From contig CAVTHK010000011.1 of the NCBI GenBank assembly GCA_963734495.1, positions 608,001 to 672,000 on the forward strand: a stretch of 64,000 bases of DNA, written 5' to 3'. Below the pieces are notes generated by a model, which searched no databases, was not told the DNA's origin, and saw only the letters and a list, made by a program, of their open reading frames with translations. A program made the translations under genes and the position numbers. Source of the DNA: an uncultured Spirochaetota bacterium. Lineage in GTDB: Bacteria > Spirochaetota > Spirochaetia > SZUA-6 > CAVTHK01. Numbering within the stretch: position 1 is the first letter of the stretch; every line of letters starts with the position of its first letter. Shown here in pieces: positions 38,295-48,878 of this stretch.

Positions 38295-39831
38295 GTGCAC
38301 ACCGACACCAAGAAGCTCAGGTACTTTGCCGGCGGCGAGTTCAAGGAATCGCGCTCAGCGAAGTACATGAATTGTTACGATCCTTCGACGGGCGAGGTGA
38401 TCGCGCTGGCCCCGCAGTGCACGCCCGCCGAGGTCGAGGAGGCTGTGGCGGCAGCCAAGGCGGCGTTCCCTGCCTGGGCGGACACGCCTCCGAACAAGCG
38501 CGTGCAGGTCCTGTTCCGCCTCAAGGCGCTGCTCGACAAGCACCTCGACGAGCTGACCCTGCTGTGCGCCAAGGAGAACGGCAAGGTCTGGGACGAGGCC
38601 ATGGGCGACGTGGCCAAGGCGATCGAGGTCACCGAGTTCGCCTGCGGCATCCCGCACCTGCTCGAGGGCCCTGCCCTCATGAACGTCACCTCCGGCTACG
38701 ACACCGTGCAGTACATGGAGCCGGTGGGGGTGTTCGCGGCGATCGCCCCGTGGAACTTTCCCGCCATGATCCCCATGGGCTGGATGGCGCCGCTCGCCAT
38801 CGCCACGGGCAACACGCTGGTGCTCAAGGCCGCGAGCTTCGTGCCGCAGAGCTCGCTGCGTATCGCGGAGCTGTGGCAGGAGGCGGGGCTCCCCAAGGGC
38901 GTGCTCAACGTCGTGACATGCTCGCGCAACGAGGCGGAGATCCTTCTGCGCCACCCCGACGTCAAGGGCATCTCCTTTGTCGGCTCCACGTCGGTCGGCC
39001 GCCACATCTACGCCACCGCGTCGGCCAACGGAAAGCGCGTGCAGTGCCTCACCGAGGCCAAGAACCACGCCCTCGTGCTGCGCGACGCCGCCCTCGAGCG
39101 CACGGCGCGCGGCATCGTGAACTCCTCCTGCGGCTGCGCGGGCGAGCGCTGCATGGCTCTGCCCGCGGTCTGCGTCGAGGAGGCGGTCGCGGACTCAGCT
39201 CGTCGACGCGCTGGCCAGGATGATGAAGGGGCTCAAGATCGGCCCCGCCTACGACAAGACGAGCCAGCTCGGCCCCCTCGTCAACGCGGAGCACCGCGAG
39301 AGCGTGCGCGCGTGGGTGCAGAAAGGGATCGAAGAGGGTGCGAAGCTGGTTCTCGACGGGCGCAACGTCACGGTCAAGGGACACGAGGACGGCTTCTACA
39401 TGGGCCCCTGCCTCTTCGACCACGTGAAGCCGGGCATGAGCGTGGGCGACCGCGAGATCTTCGGGCCCGTCCTGTCGATCAAGCGGGTCAAGGACTTCGA
39501 AGAGGGCCTCGCGATCATGAACGAGAACGAGTTCGCCAACGGCTCGGCGATCTACACGCAGAGCGGCTACTGGGCGCGCGAGTTCTCGAAGCGCAGCCAC
39601 GGCGGCATGGTCGGCGTCAACGTCGGCATCCCCGTGCCGCTGAGCGTCTTCGGCTTCACCGGGCACAAGAGCTCGTTCTTCGGCGACCTGCACATGATGG
39701 GCACCGACGGCATCCGCTTCTTCACCGAGCAGAAGAGCGTGACGGCCCACTGGTTCTCCGAAGCCGAGGCGCGCGAGGCGAAGGTGCTCAACAGCTGGGA
39801 CGGCATGATCTCGATGCCGGACAGGAAGTAG
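38295..39831 (+). CDS. mmsA: CoA-acylating methylmalonate/malonate-semialdehyde dehydrogenase, frameshift near 39196
   Basis: PWNFPAMIP, ISFVGST, GKRVQ..AKNH, GCAGERCMA, EIFGPV, GMVGVNVGIPVP, SFFGDLH. Confidence 0.92.
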
Positions 39832-39862
39832 GCAGCTACAGGCCGGCCGGGGCGCGCGCGAT

Positions 39863-41248
39863 TCAGCGGGCGCCCGGCGCCGCGGCCACGTCCGCTTCCA
39901 CGAGCCGGATGCGCCGCCACGCGCCGCTGCGGAAGCGGGCGAACATGCCGACGCCCACAAGCACCACGAACACGACGAACACGCTAAAGACGGTCGTCGG
40001 CGCCGCTCTGGCCACGCGGACAAGGATGACTGCCGCGGTGGCAAAGGCCCAGTGCAGCCCCACCGAGATCGCCATGACCCAGCGGGTGTCTCCCGCCCCG
40101 CGCAGGGCCCCGGCAAAGACCAGGTGCGCCGCATCGGCCAGGATGTAGATGGCGGCGAGCCGCACGAGCGTCTTGGCGAGAAGGGCCGTTTCCGTCGCGC
40201 CGGCGCCGAAGCCCGAAGAGAACACGTTGACGAGGGCCGGCGTCGCGGCCACGAAGAGCACGGCGACCGTCCCCGCGTAGAGCCACGCGACGCGGAGCGC
40301 GAGAGCGGTCGCGCGCTGCACCATCTCCGGCTCCCTCGCCCCGACAAACTGCCCGACCAGCGACGTGACGGCAAAGCTCATCCCCAGCATGGGGATAAAG
40401 GCCACGATGTCCCAGTTGAACGCAATCGTCACCGAGGCTGCGACGCTCGGGCCGTAGGAATGCATGAACTGGATGAACAGGTTGAAGGCGAACGTGTTCA
40501 GGAACGTCTCGATCCCGGCCGGAATCCCGAAGCGGAGCAGGATCCCGATGGTGTTCCCCTCGAAAGCGAAGGCCCGGTGCGTGGCGAACTCCCGCCTGCA
40601 GCCGGGGCGCAGGAACTGGACCAGCAGCACGACGAAGGCGACGAAGCTTCCGAGCACGGCACCGAGGGCGGCGCCCGTGAGCCCGAGTGCGGGGAGCCCC
40701 AGCTTTCCGAAGATCAGGAGGTACTCGGCCGGGACGTTGATCGCCATGCCCGCCAGGTTGGCGACCATCACGACGCGGGTGCGGCCCACGCCGATAAAGA
40801 AGCCCGTGATGGCTGAACGCAGCACGCTGAAGAGGGAGCCGTAGACCAGGATGCGGTAGTACTCGTAGCCCAGGGCCACCTGCAGCGGCGTCTGTCCCGC
40901 GGCCGCGAACAGGTGCCGGGCGAGCGGCGAGATCGCGAGGATGATCGGGTAGCTCGCGACGGCCAGGATCAGGCCCTGGACGGCCGCCCGGGCGCACCTG
41001 TCGCGTCCCCCCGCCCCGAAGAGCTGGGCGACCACGGCGTTTGTGTAGCCCACGGTCCCCGCGAAGATGCCGCTCAGCGTGAAAGCGGTCAGGCCGCCGC
41101 TCATGGCTGCCGCGAGGTGAGCTTCGCCGAGCCTCGAGAGGAAGAGCCGGCCGACGAACATGTTGACTGTTTCCATGGCTTGGGAGACGACCATGGGAAG
41201 GGCGATGGCCAGCAGGCGGCTGAGCAGTGCAGGCGAACGCGAGGCCAC
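39863..41248 (-). CDS. MATE family efflux transporter
   Basis: LAIALPM, VAQLFGA, FF.G.GRTR..M, LIFG..G.PALG..GAA, GALRGAGDT; start uncertain. Confidence 0.9.
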   Translation of the reverse strand: MASRSPALLSRLLAIALPMVVSQAMETVNMFVGRLFLSRLGEAHLAAAMSGGLTAFTLSGIFAGTVGYTNAVVAQLFGAGGRDRCARAAVQGLILAVASYPIILAISPLARHLFAAAGQTPLQVALGYEYYRILVYGSLFSVLRSAITGFFIGVGRTRVVMVANLAGMAINVPAEYLLIFGKLGLPALGLTGAALGAVLGSFVAFVVLLVQFLRPGCRREFATHRAFAFEGNTIGILLRFGIPAGIETFLNTFAFNLFIQFMHSYGPSVAASVTIAFNWDIVAFIPMLGMSFAVTSLVGQFVGAREPEMVQRATALALRVAWLYAGTVAVLFVAATPALVNVFSSGFGAGATETALLAKTLVRLAAIYILADAAHLVFAGALRGAGDTRWVMAISVGLHWAFATAAVILVRVARAAPTTVFSVFVVFVVLVGVGMFARFRSGAWRRIRLVEADVAAAPGAR

Positions 41249-41308
41249 GGCGAAGAATACCCCATCCGCGAGATGCGGCAAAGGAGGCGTGCGTCCTTCT
41301 TCTTTTTT

Positions 41309-41337
41309 TTGACAACGCGGGAATTCCCTTGTACGCT
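41309..41337 (+). promoter_or_regulatory. Sigma70 promoter with palindromic GGGAATTCCC in the spacer (possible operator)
   Basis: TTGACA-N17-TACGCT; palindrome at 41319-41328. Confidence 0.6.
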
Positions 41338-41382
41338 GCTCCTGGAACCTTGGACTGCGGTAGCGCAAAAGGAGATCGAGAA

Positions 41383-42704
41383 ATGAAGAACAGAGTCCTC
41401 GTCGTCCTGCTGCTCGTGGTTTCCGCGGGCGTGTTCGGCGCCGGCCGGCAGGAACCGGCGGCGAAAGCCGAGGCGAAAAAGGCGTACGCGGGAGCGAACG
41501 TCGTCTTTTCCTGCCTCGACACGACCAACTACAAGAAGATGGACAACCTGCTCCCCTGGGTCGAGCAGAAGACCGGCATCAAGGTAAGCATGGATTACAT
41601 TCCGGAAAACGCCTACATGACCAAGCTCCAGGTCGTGCTGTCGTCGAAGACGGGCGAGTACGACGTCATCTACGCCAACAACAAGATGTACCCGGTGCTC
41701 TTCCCGTCGGGCTGGATCCTCCCGCTGGACGACTATCTCAAGGACGCCGCACTCACCGGAGCGGACTACAACTACGGCGACTTTGTTCCCAAGATCGCCC
41801 AGAACGTCATGTACAACGGCAAGATCATGGGGATCCCCTTCGGGACGGAATCCAACATCCTCTACTACAACAAGAAGATGCTGGCCGACGCGGGTACACG
41901 GCCCCGCCGAAGACCATGGCGGAGGTCTACGAATACGCCAAGAAGCTCCACCAGCCCGACAAAGGCTACGCGGGCATTGCGATGCTGGGCACGCGCGAAG
42001 GCAACGTGAACGGCTACGGCTGGATCATGCTCTGGCTGTCCCTGGGCGGCAGCTGGGTCCCTCCGGGCCAGGAAAAGTACGCCGTTCTGGCCCGCCCCGA
42101 AGCCATCAAGGCGACTGAGATGTGGACCGACATGCTGACCAACTACGCTCCCAAGGGCATCTCGAACTTCGGATGGAACGAGCTGTACCTCTCCATGCAG
42201 CAGGGCAAGGTGGCCATGGTCATCGCGACGACCAAGGACTACCCGATCTTCGTCGATCCGTCCAAGTCGAAGATCGGCGAGACGCTGGGCTACGCGTGCA
42301 TCAAGGGCACCGGCGATGAATACACCGTCGGGAACATCGGCGCATGGCTCCTTCCGAGCTCGGGCAAGAACACCAAGGCGGCCTGGGTCGCGATCCAGAC
42401 GATGACCGGCAAGGACGCGCAGACCAAGCAGGTCGAGGAAAAGGACCTCGTCGACGTGACCCGGCAGTCGGTGATCGATTCCAAGGTATTCGGCAGCAAG
42501 TACAACCCGGAATGGGCGGCCGCCTCCAAGGAGGCCTTTGCGCACGGCTACGTCGAGTACACTCCGCTGATCGCGCAAGGCGGCCAGATCAGGGAGTTCC
42601 TCGCGATCGCGCTCTCCAAGAGCCTGTCCGGGCAGGCGAAGCCCAGGGAAGCCATGGAAGAAGCGAACGCCGCCGTGGTCAAGTTGCTGAGCGAGAAGAA
42701 ATAA
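41383..42704 (+). CDS. Family-1 sugar ABC substrate-binding protein, frameshift near 41895
   Basis: EQKTGIKV, YNGK..GIP, LYYNKKM, QGKVAM; signal peptide. Confidence 0.88.
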
Positions 42705-42741
42705 CGGCTCGAACGCACGCATCAGATATGGTCACTCGCAC

Positions 42742-42765
42742 GGGGAGCGCGGGTCCGCGCTCCCC
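42742..42765 (+). terminator. Post-SBP stem-loop
   Basis: GGGGAGCGCG-GGTC-CGCGCTCCCC. Confidence 0.55.
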
Positions 42766-42817
42766 TCGTCAGGCTGTCGAGACCGCGCCTGCCGCCGACC
42801 CGCGAGGGGTCCCCCGC

Positions 42818-43706
42818 ATGAGGAGCGCCCACTTCTCGCAGGATCGCAAGTATTTCCTGCTGCTGATCGGGCCGCCGTTCCTGGTGATCTTCCTGCTCAC
42901 GGTCGTGCCGTTCGCCTACAGCCTGCTGCTGAGCACATGGAAGCTGAACCTCGCCATGCCGGGCTCGGAGCGATTCGTCGGGCTCGGCAACTACGTCAAG
43001 ATGCTCACCGATGACCGGAATTTCTGGATCATCATGCGCAACACCGTGATCCAGGTGTTCGGCACGGTCAGCCTGCAGGTGGTGATCGGGCGTTTGCTCG
43101 CGCTGCTGTTCTCGCGCCCCGCCCGGGGCCTCAGGCTGGCCCGGTCGCTGCTCATGGTGCCGATGATGGCGACGCCCGTCGTGATCGGCGTCATCTGGCG
43201 ATTCATGGTCAACCCCGATTTCGGGATCGTCAACTATCTTCTCTCGCTGCTGCGCATCCCCGGCCCGGACTGGCTCGGCAAGCCGGGCCTCGCCATGGCG
43301 ACCATCATCGCCGCCGACGTCTGGCTCTCGACGCCCTTTGTCACCATCATCATCATCGCCGGCATCTCCTCGCTTTCCAAGGAGCCGTTCGAGGCCGCCA
43401 CGGTGGACGGCGCATCGTCCTGGACGTCATTCGTGTACATCACGCTTCCGCTGCTGACGCCGGTCATCTGGGTGGCGATCATGTTCAGGCTGATCGACGC
43501 CTTCAAGCGCTTCGACTCGATCGTACATCATGACCGCCGGCGGTCCGGGCAACTCGACCGAGACCCTCAACCTCTACGCCTACAACAACGCCTTCAGCTA
43601 CCTCGACACCGGCTATGCTTCGGCTCTCGCGATGTTTCTCTTCTTCATAATCGCCGCCCTCAGCGTGTTCACGATCAACCGGGTGCGGCAAGGCGCGCGC
43701 GCATGA
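42818..43706 (+). CDS. Sugar ABC permease (MalF-type), frameshift near 43523
   Basis: FVGLGNY, W..TPF, EAATVDGAS, MT.GGPG.ST. Confidence 0.88.
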
Positions 43707-44559
43707 ACGGGCACGCGGGGCGGGAGGGGCCGCAGGGCGAAGGGTGCGCTCGTGGTCGTGTCGCTCGGGCGCGCTCACCTGGCTGGTCGTCTTTGTCGCG
43801 CTGGCGCCGCTGCTGTGGTTCGCCGAGATCGCCTTCAAGCCGCAGGTGCTGGCCTGGGCGATGCCGCCCAGGTTCATCTTCGTTCCGACGTTCGACAACT
43901 TCCTGGGCGTGTTCGCCGCGGGAAAGCTCTTTCTTCACGCCTACGTCAACAGCTGCATCGTGTCGGTGTTCACCACCGCCCTCTCGCTCGTGCTGGGGGT
44001 CAGCGCCGGCTACGCGATGGCGCGCAGCGACTTCCGGTTCACCAGGTACATGGGGCTCTGGATCATCCTCACCCGCATGGCGCCGCCCATGATCTTCCTG
44101 CTTCCTTTCTACAACATGCTGCGGATGCTCGGCCTGAGCGGCACATACACCGGGATCATCATCACGTACATGGTCATCACGCTGCCCTTTGTCACCTGGA
44201 TGATGTCCAGCTACTTCCAGACGATCCCCGAGGAGATCGAGCAATCGGCCATGATCGACGGCTGCAACCGCATCCAGATCCTCCTGCGGATCGCCGCCCC
44301 CGTGTCGGTGCCCGGGATCGTGACCTGCACGATCTTCTCCTTTATCTACTCGTGGAACGAGTTCCTGTTCGCGCTGGTCGTGACCGGCCGGGGCACGAAG
44401 ACGGTGCCGATCATGATCCAGGGCTTCATGTCCTCGGACGGGATCGAGTGGGGTCCGCTGGCCGCCACGTCGCTGATGGTGATTCTCCCGGTGCTGCTCG
44501 TCGCGATGGTCAACCAGAAGGGTTTCGTCCGCGGCCTCACCGGCGGCGCGATCAAGTAG
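43703..44559 (+). CDS. Sugar ABC permease (MalG-type), probable frameshift near the 5' end
   Basis: PTFDNF, IPEEIEQSAMIDG, SWNEFLFA, FVRGLTGGAIK. Confidence 0.88.
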
Positions 44560-44564
44560 CGATC

Positions 44565-45527
44565 ATGCGTTGCGGCGCCGCGGAGAAGGAATTCGACATA
44601 CTGTGCATCGGCATCGCGAACATGAGCATCTCGGTCAAGCCGGTCGGCCGCGAGGTCTTCACCGCGGACGTCACGCTCGTCGAACCGATCGACGTGCGCA
44701 CGGGCGGCGACGCGCTGAACGAGGCTTCGACGGCGGCCCGGCTGGGGAACCGGGTCGGGCTGATCAGCAAGGTCGGGGACGACCTGTTCGGGCGTCTCCT
44801 GCTGGAGAGCGCGCGAGAGGCAGGCGTGAACGTTGACCACGTCGCGGTCTCGCGCCGCGAGCGCACGGCGGCGGCTGCCCTGCTGATCGACGGGAACGGC
44901 GACCGCAGGATATGCGCTCACCGAGGGGCGTTCGAGACGCTGTGCCTGGAGGACGTGGACCTCTCCGTCCTCGACCGCGCGAAGATCGTCAACGTCGGGA
45001 GCCTTTTCGCGCTCAAGAGGCTCGACGGCGACGGCGTCAGGACGCTTCTCGAGCGGGCCAGGAGCGCCGGGGCGACGACCGGCGCGGACGTGAAGTTCGA
45101 TGCCTATCGCCTCGGCATGGGCGGAATCAGGCAGGTGTTCCCCTTTGTGGATTTCTTCATGCCGAACCACGAGGAAGCCCTCTACCTGACCGGGGAGAGA
45201 GAGCCTTCGCGCCAGTGCGACGCGCTGATGGCCGCCGGGTGCGGCGGCGTCGTGGTCAAGCTCGGAGCGGAGGGCTGCTACCTGGCCGCGGGCGGCAGGC
45301 GCGGCCTGGTTCCCCCCTGCCCGGCGACGCGCGTGGACACCACCGGCGCGGGCGACAATTTCGTGGCCGGGTTTCTCACCGGCCTGAACCGCGGCTGGAC
45401 GCCCGAGGCGGCGGCCAGGTTCGCCAACGCGACGGCGGCGGTGAGCATCCAGGAGGTCGGCTCGAACGGCGCCGTGAGGAGCTTCGAGCAGGTCGCGGAG
45501 CACATGCGCCGAGTCGGCTATTCGTGA
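44565..45527 (+). CDS. PfkB/ribokinase family carbohydrate kinase
   Basis: GGDALN.A..AARLG, KVGDD.FG, PN.EE, VDTTGAGDNF. Confidence 0.92.
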   Translation: MRCGAAEKEFDILCIGIANMSISVKPVGREVFTADVTLVEPIDVRTGGDALNEASTAARLGNRVGLISKVGDDLFGRLLLESAREAGVNVDHVAVSRRERTAAAALLIDGNGDRRICAHRGAFETLCLEDVDLSVLDRAKIVNVGSLFALKRLDGDGVRTLLERARSAGATTGADVKFDAYRLGMGGIRQVFPFVDFFMPNHEEALYLTGEREPSRQCDALMAAGCGGVVVKLGAEGCYLAAGGRRGLVPPCPATRVDTTGAGDNFVAGFLTGLNRGWTPEAAARFANATAAVSIQEVGSNGAVRSFEQVAEHMRRVGYS

Positions 45528-45547
45528 AGAGCCCCAGGAGGACAGCG

Positions 45548-46996
45548 GTGTTCGAGCGCTACAGGGAAAGAAGCGGCGTTCGCCTCGGCTTGCTGCCCAC
45601 GCGCAGGAGCCTCAACCGGCCCAACCTCTTCAACCGCGATTTCGCCATCGCGGAAAAGAACAAGGTCGAGGCGTACCTCAAAGCGAACCGGGTCGACTAC
45701 GTCAATCTCGACTTCCTGAACGACGAAGGCCTCATCTTCAACGGCGCGGACGCGGACAAGGTGGCCGAGCGCTTCCGCTCGTCGGGTGTGGGTGCGCTGT
45801 TCGCACCGCACTGCAACTTCGGCACCGAGGACGCCGTGGCCAAGGTCGCGAAGAAGCTCGGGGTCCCCGTCCTGCTGTGGGGACCGCGCGACGAGGCGCC
45901 GCAAGCCGGCGCCAATCGCACGCGCGACAGCCAGTGCGGGCTGTTCGCCACCTCGCGCGTGCTCAAGACCTTCGGCGTGACCTTTTCCTACATAACCAAC
46001 AGCCGGGTCTCCGACCCGGTCTTCGAGCGCGGCTTCCGGAACTTCATGGCGGCGGCGGCCGTCGTCAGGAGATTCAGGGGCATGCGCATCGGCCAGGTCG
46101 GCGTCCGCCCGGCGTCGTTCTGGTCGGTCAAAGCCAACGAAACCGAGCTCCTCGAGCGCTTCGGGGTCGAGGTCGTTCCCATCACCATCCAGGACGTGCG
46201 CCAGATGATGGACGCCGTGATGGGATCGCGCAAGGCCGAAGTGGCGGCCGAGGCCGCCTCCATCCGGGCGAAAGTCGACGTCGTCGGAATCGGCGAAGAG
46301 GCTCTCGGCCGCGTCGCAGCGATGAAGCTCGCTTTGCACGAGTGGGCGAGCGCCGAGGACCTCGACACGGCCGCGGTCTTCTGCGGGGGAGGGATCCGGC
46401 AGCTGACCGGCATCATGCCCTGCTTTGTGCTCTCGGAGCTCACCGACGACGGCTTTCCGGCCATCTGCGAGACGGACCTGCACGGCTGCATCACCGCGGT
46501 GATCACCCAGACCGCCGCGGGCGCTTCGTCGCCGGTGTTCCTGGCCGACATGACCGTTCGCCATCCGGAAAACGACAACGCGGAGCTCCTGTGGCACTGC
46601 GGAGTCTTCCCGCTTTCGCTCAAGAAGGAGGGGACGCGGTCGGCCGTTACCGACCACTACGGGTCCGGCCTTCCCGGGGCGGCCAGCTGGCAGATCCGGG
46701 GCGGCGACCTGACGATCACGCGCTTCGACGGCACGACCGGCGACTACCGCCTGCTCGTAACGAGGGGCAGGGTCGTCCCGGGCCCCGAGACCAACGGCAC
46801 CTATGCCTGGGTGGAGTTCAAGGACTGGCCCGAGCTGGAGCACCGCCTCATCTTCGGGCCCTACATCCACCACTGCGTGGGCGTCCACGCGGACGTCACG
46901 GCCGTGCTCTTCGAAGCGGCCAGGTACATGCCGGGGGTCGCCCTGGACCTGGTCGACCCGACGCCCGACGAAGTCGCCAGGTGGCTGCGGGGGTAG
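45548..46996 (+). CDS. L-fucose/L-arabinose isomerase family protein
   Basis: HCNFGTE, RDSQCG, CETDLHG, LLWHCG, GPYIHH; SD AGGAGG. Confidence 0.85.
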   Translation: MFERYRERSGVRLGLLPTRRSLNRPNLFNRDFAIAEKNKVEAYLKANRVDYVNLDFLNDEGLIFNGADADKVAERFRSSGVGALFAPHCNFGTEDAVAKVAKKLGVPVLLWGPRDEAPQAGANRTRDSQCGLFATSRVLKTFGVTFSYITNSRVSDPVFERGFRNFMAAAAVVRRFRGMRIGQVGVRPASFWSVKANETELLERFGVEVVPITIQDVRQMMDAVMGSRKAEVAAEAASIRAKVDVVGIGEEALGRVAAMKLALHEWASAEDLDTAAVFCGGGIRQLTGIMPCFVLSELTDDGFPAICETDLHGCITAVITQTAAGASSPVFLADMTVRHPENDNAELLWHCGVFPLSLKKEGTRSAVTDHYGSGLPGAASWQIRGGDLTITRFDGTTGDYRLLVTRGRVVPGPETNGTYAWVEFKDWPELEHRLIFGPYIHHCVGVHADVTAVLFEAARYMPGVALDLVDPTPDEVARWLRG

Positions 46997-47042
46997 CGGT
47001 CCGCGCCGGCGGCAAAGCCTGAATCGAGAAAGGAGTTTCGAC

Positions 47043-47675
47043 ATGATGATCGCCGTTGTCACGGAAGTGAGCACGAAGGAGAAAAACAAGTTCGTCGTCG
47101 CCGCCCTCGAAGGCCGCGGCCACGAGGTCTTCAACCTGGGCATGCGGGGCGTCGAAGGCGAGCCCGAGCTGACCTACATCCACACCGGCTTCATCGCCGC
47201 GGCGCTCCTCGGCTCCGGGTGCGCCGACCTGGTGGTAGGCGGCTGCGGCACCGGCCAGGGCTTCCTCAATTCCGTACTCCAGTACCCCGGCGTCTGCTGC
47301 GGGTTGATCGCGAGCCCCCTCGACGCGTGGCTGTTCGCCCAGATCAACGGCGGCAACTGCGTCTCGCTCGTCCTGAACAAGGACTTCGGGTGGGCGGGCG
47401 ACGTGAACCTCAAGTTCCTCTTCGACCGCTTCTTCAGCGTGGAGCGCGGCTGCGGGTATCCCGAGCACCGCAGGGCGTCCCAGCAGCGCTCGCGCGAGGT
47501 GCTGGGCGAGGTCTCCCGGCTCACCCACCTGGAGCTGCCGGCCATCGTCGAACAAATGGACGAGGCGGTGACGCGCCCGGCGCTGTCCTTTCCCGGCGTC
47601 ATGGATTTCATCCGCAAGCATGCCTCGCCCGCCGTCAGGGCTGCGTGCGAGAAACGGTCCGCGGCGCGCGCGTAG
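47043..47675 (+). CDS. RpiB/LacAB family sugar(-phosphate) isomerase (long DhuI-like type)
   Basis: VFNLGM, LTYIH.G, GGCGTGQG, PLDAWLF.QIN.GN, GWAG. Confidence 0.88.
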   Translation: MMIAVVTEVSTKEKNKFVVAALEGRGHEVFNLGMRGVEGEPELTYIHTGFIAAALLGSGCADLVVGGCGTGQGFLNSVLQYPGVCCGLIASPLDAWLFAQINGGNCVSLVLNKDFGWAGDVNLKFLFDRFFSVERGCGYPEHRRASQQRSREVLGEVSRLTHLELPAIVEQMDEAVTRPALSFPGVMDFIRKHASPAVRAACEKRSAARA

Positions 47676-47744
47676 GCCGACGGCCAACCGTTGTCCTCGA
47701 ACGCGCGCGGCATCGCGAGGATGCGGGTCTTGCCCATTCTCCGC

Positions 47745-47773
47745 TTGCGCGCCGGCGGGACCCGCTCTACAAT
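47745..47773 (+). promoter_or_regulatory. Putative sigma70 promoter for the oxidoreductase gene
   Basis: TTGCGC-N17-TACAAT. Confidence 0.5.
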
Positions 47774-47819
47774 CCCTTCGCTCTCGGGAGAGAGGGCTGC
47801 CGCAACAGGAGGGAAGGGC

Positions 47820-48815
47820 GTGGCCAAGAATAAGGTGAAGGTCTGCATCATCGGCGCCGGCAACATGGCAAGCCGGGTGCACTACCCGTCACTCGCGTCG
47901 TTCGACGACGTCGAGATCGCGGGAGTGGGCGAGCTCGCGCCGGAGCGGCTGAACGCGGTATGCGACCAGTTCAAGATCCCGCGCGAGGCGCGGCACGAGC
48001 TGCGTTCTCCCACCGACTACCGCAAGATGATCGAGAAGGCCGCGCCGGACGGCGTCTACGTCATCGGGCAGCCGCACATCATGTACGACATCTGGGTGTG
48101 GTGCCTGCAGCAGGGGCTCGACCTGTACATCGAGAAGCCGATGGGAATCACGATGCACCACGCCGAGATGCTCGCGCGCCTGGCCGAAGACAAGAAGGTC
48201 ATCACGCAGGTGAGCCACCAGAGGCGCTCCTGCCCGCTGCTGGTCAGGATGCGCGAGGAGTGCCTCAAGCGCGGCCCGATCACCCACGCGATCTGCCAGT
48301 TCTACAAGTGCGATCCCGTCCCGTACTACGGCGCCCGCGACCGGATGATGGACGACGGCACGCACGCGATCGACACGGTGCGCTGGATGTGCGGCGGAGA
48401 GGTCGTGGAGGTCGAATCGACCTGCAAGCGAGTCGGCACTCCCGACATCAACTGGATCTCGGCGACTCTGCACTTCGACAACGGTTCCACGGGGTTCGTG
48501 CTGCTCTCCTTCGTGAGCGGGAGGCGCGTCTTCCGGGTCGAGATGCACGCGCCGCGCATCGGCGTCGACGCGGAGGTCGAGGGCAAGGCGATCCTCTACG
48601 CCGACGGCGACACGAAGGGCGTGGTCTACGACACAAAGGAAGTCGCGGGGAGCGATCAGCTCCACGTGTACGGCGGGTTCGCGGCCAAGAACCGCGAGTT
48701 CATCGACTCGCTCAAGGCGGGCAGGGAGATGACCTCGTCGCCCTTCAGCGACTGCGTCAAGACGATGGCGGTCGCCGAGGAGATCCTCGGACAGGCCCTG
48801 ATGCAGGGGGTGTAG
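47820..48815 (+). CDS. Gfo/Idh/MocA family oxidoreductase
   Basis: IIGAGNMA, EKP, DDGTHAID. Confidence 0.9.
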   Translation: MAKNKVKVCIIGAGNMASRVHYPSLASFDDVEIAGVGELAPERLNAVCDQFKIPREARHELRSPTDYRKMIEKAAPDGVYVIGQPHIMYDIWVWCLQQGLDLYIEKPMGITMHHAEMLARLAEDKKVITQVSHQRRSCPLLVRMREECLKRGPITHAICQFYKCDPVPYYGARDRMMDDGTHAIDTVRWMCGGEVVEVESTCKRVGTPDINWISATLHFDNGSTGFVLLSFVSGRRVFRVEMHAPRIGVDAEVEGKAILYADGDTKGVVYDTKEVAGSDQLHVYGGFAAKNREFIDSLKAGREMTSSPFSDCVKTMAVAEEILGQALMQGV

Positions 48816-48878
48816 GACGCGGGCGCCCCGCGCCCCGCATCTGGCGCCCCGCGCCCCGTTCCGCTATCCTCTTCGAGC

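Noticed and set aside
48822-48858. 16-bp direct repeat GGCGCCCCGCGCCCCG at 21-bp spacing
   Set aside because: Low-complexity GC sequence with no matching copies elsewhere, so too weak to call an operator.
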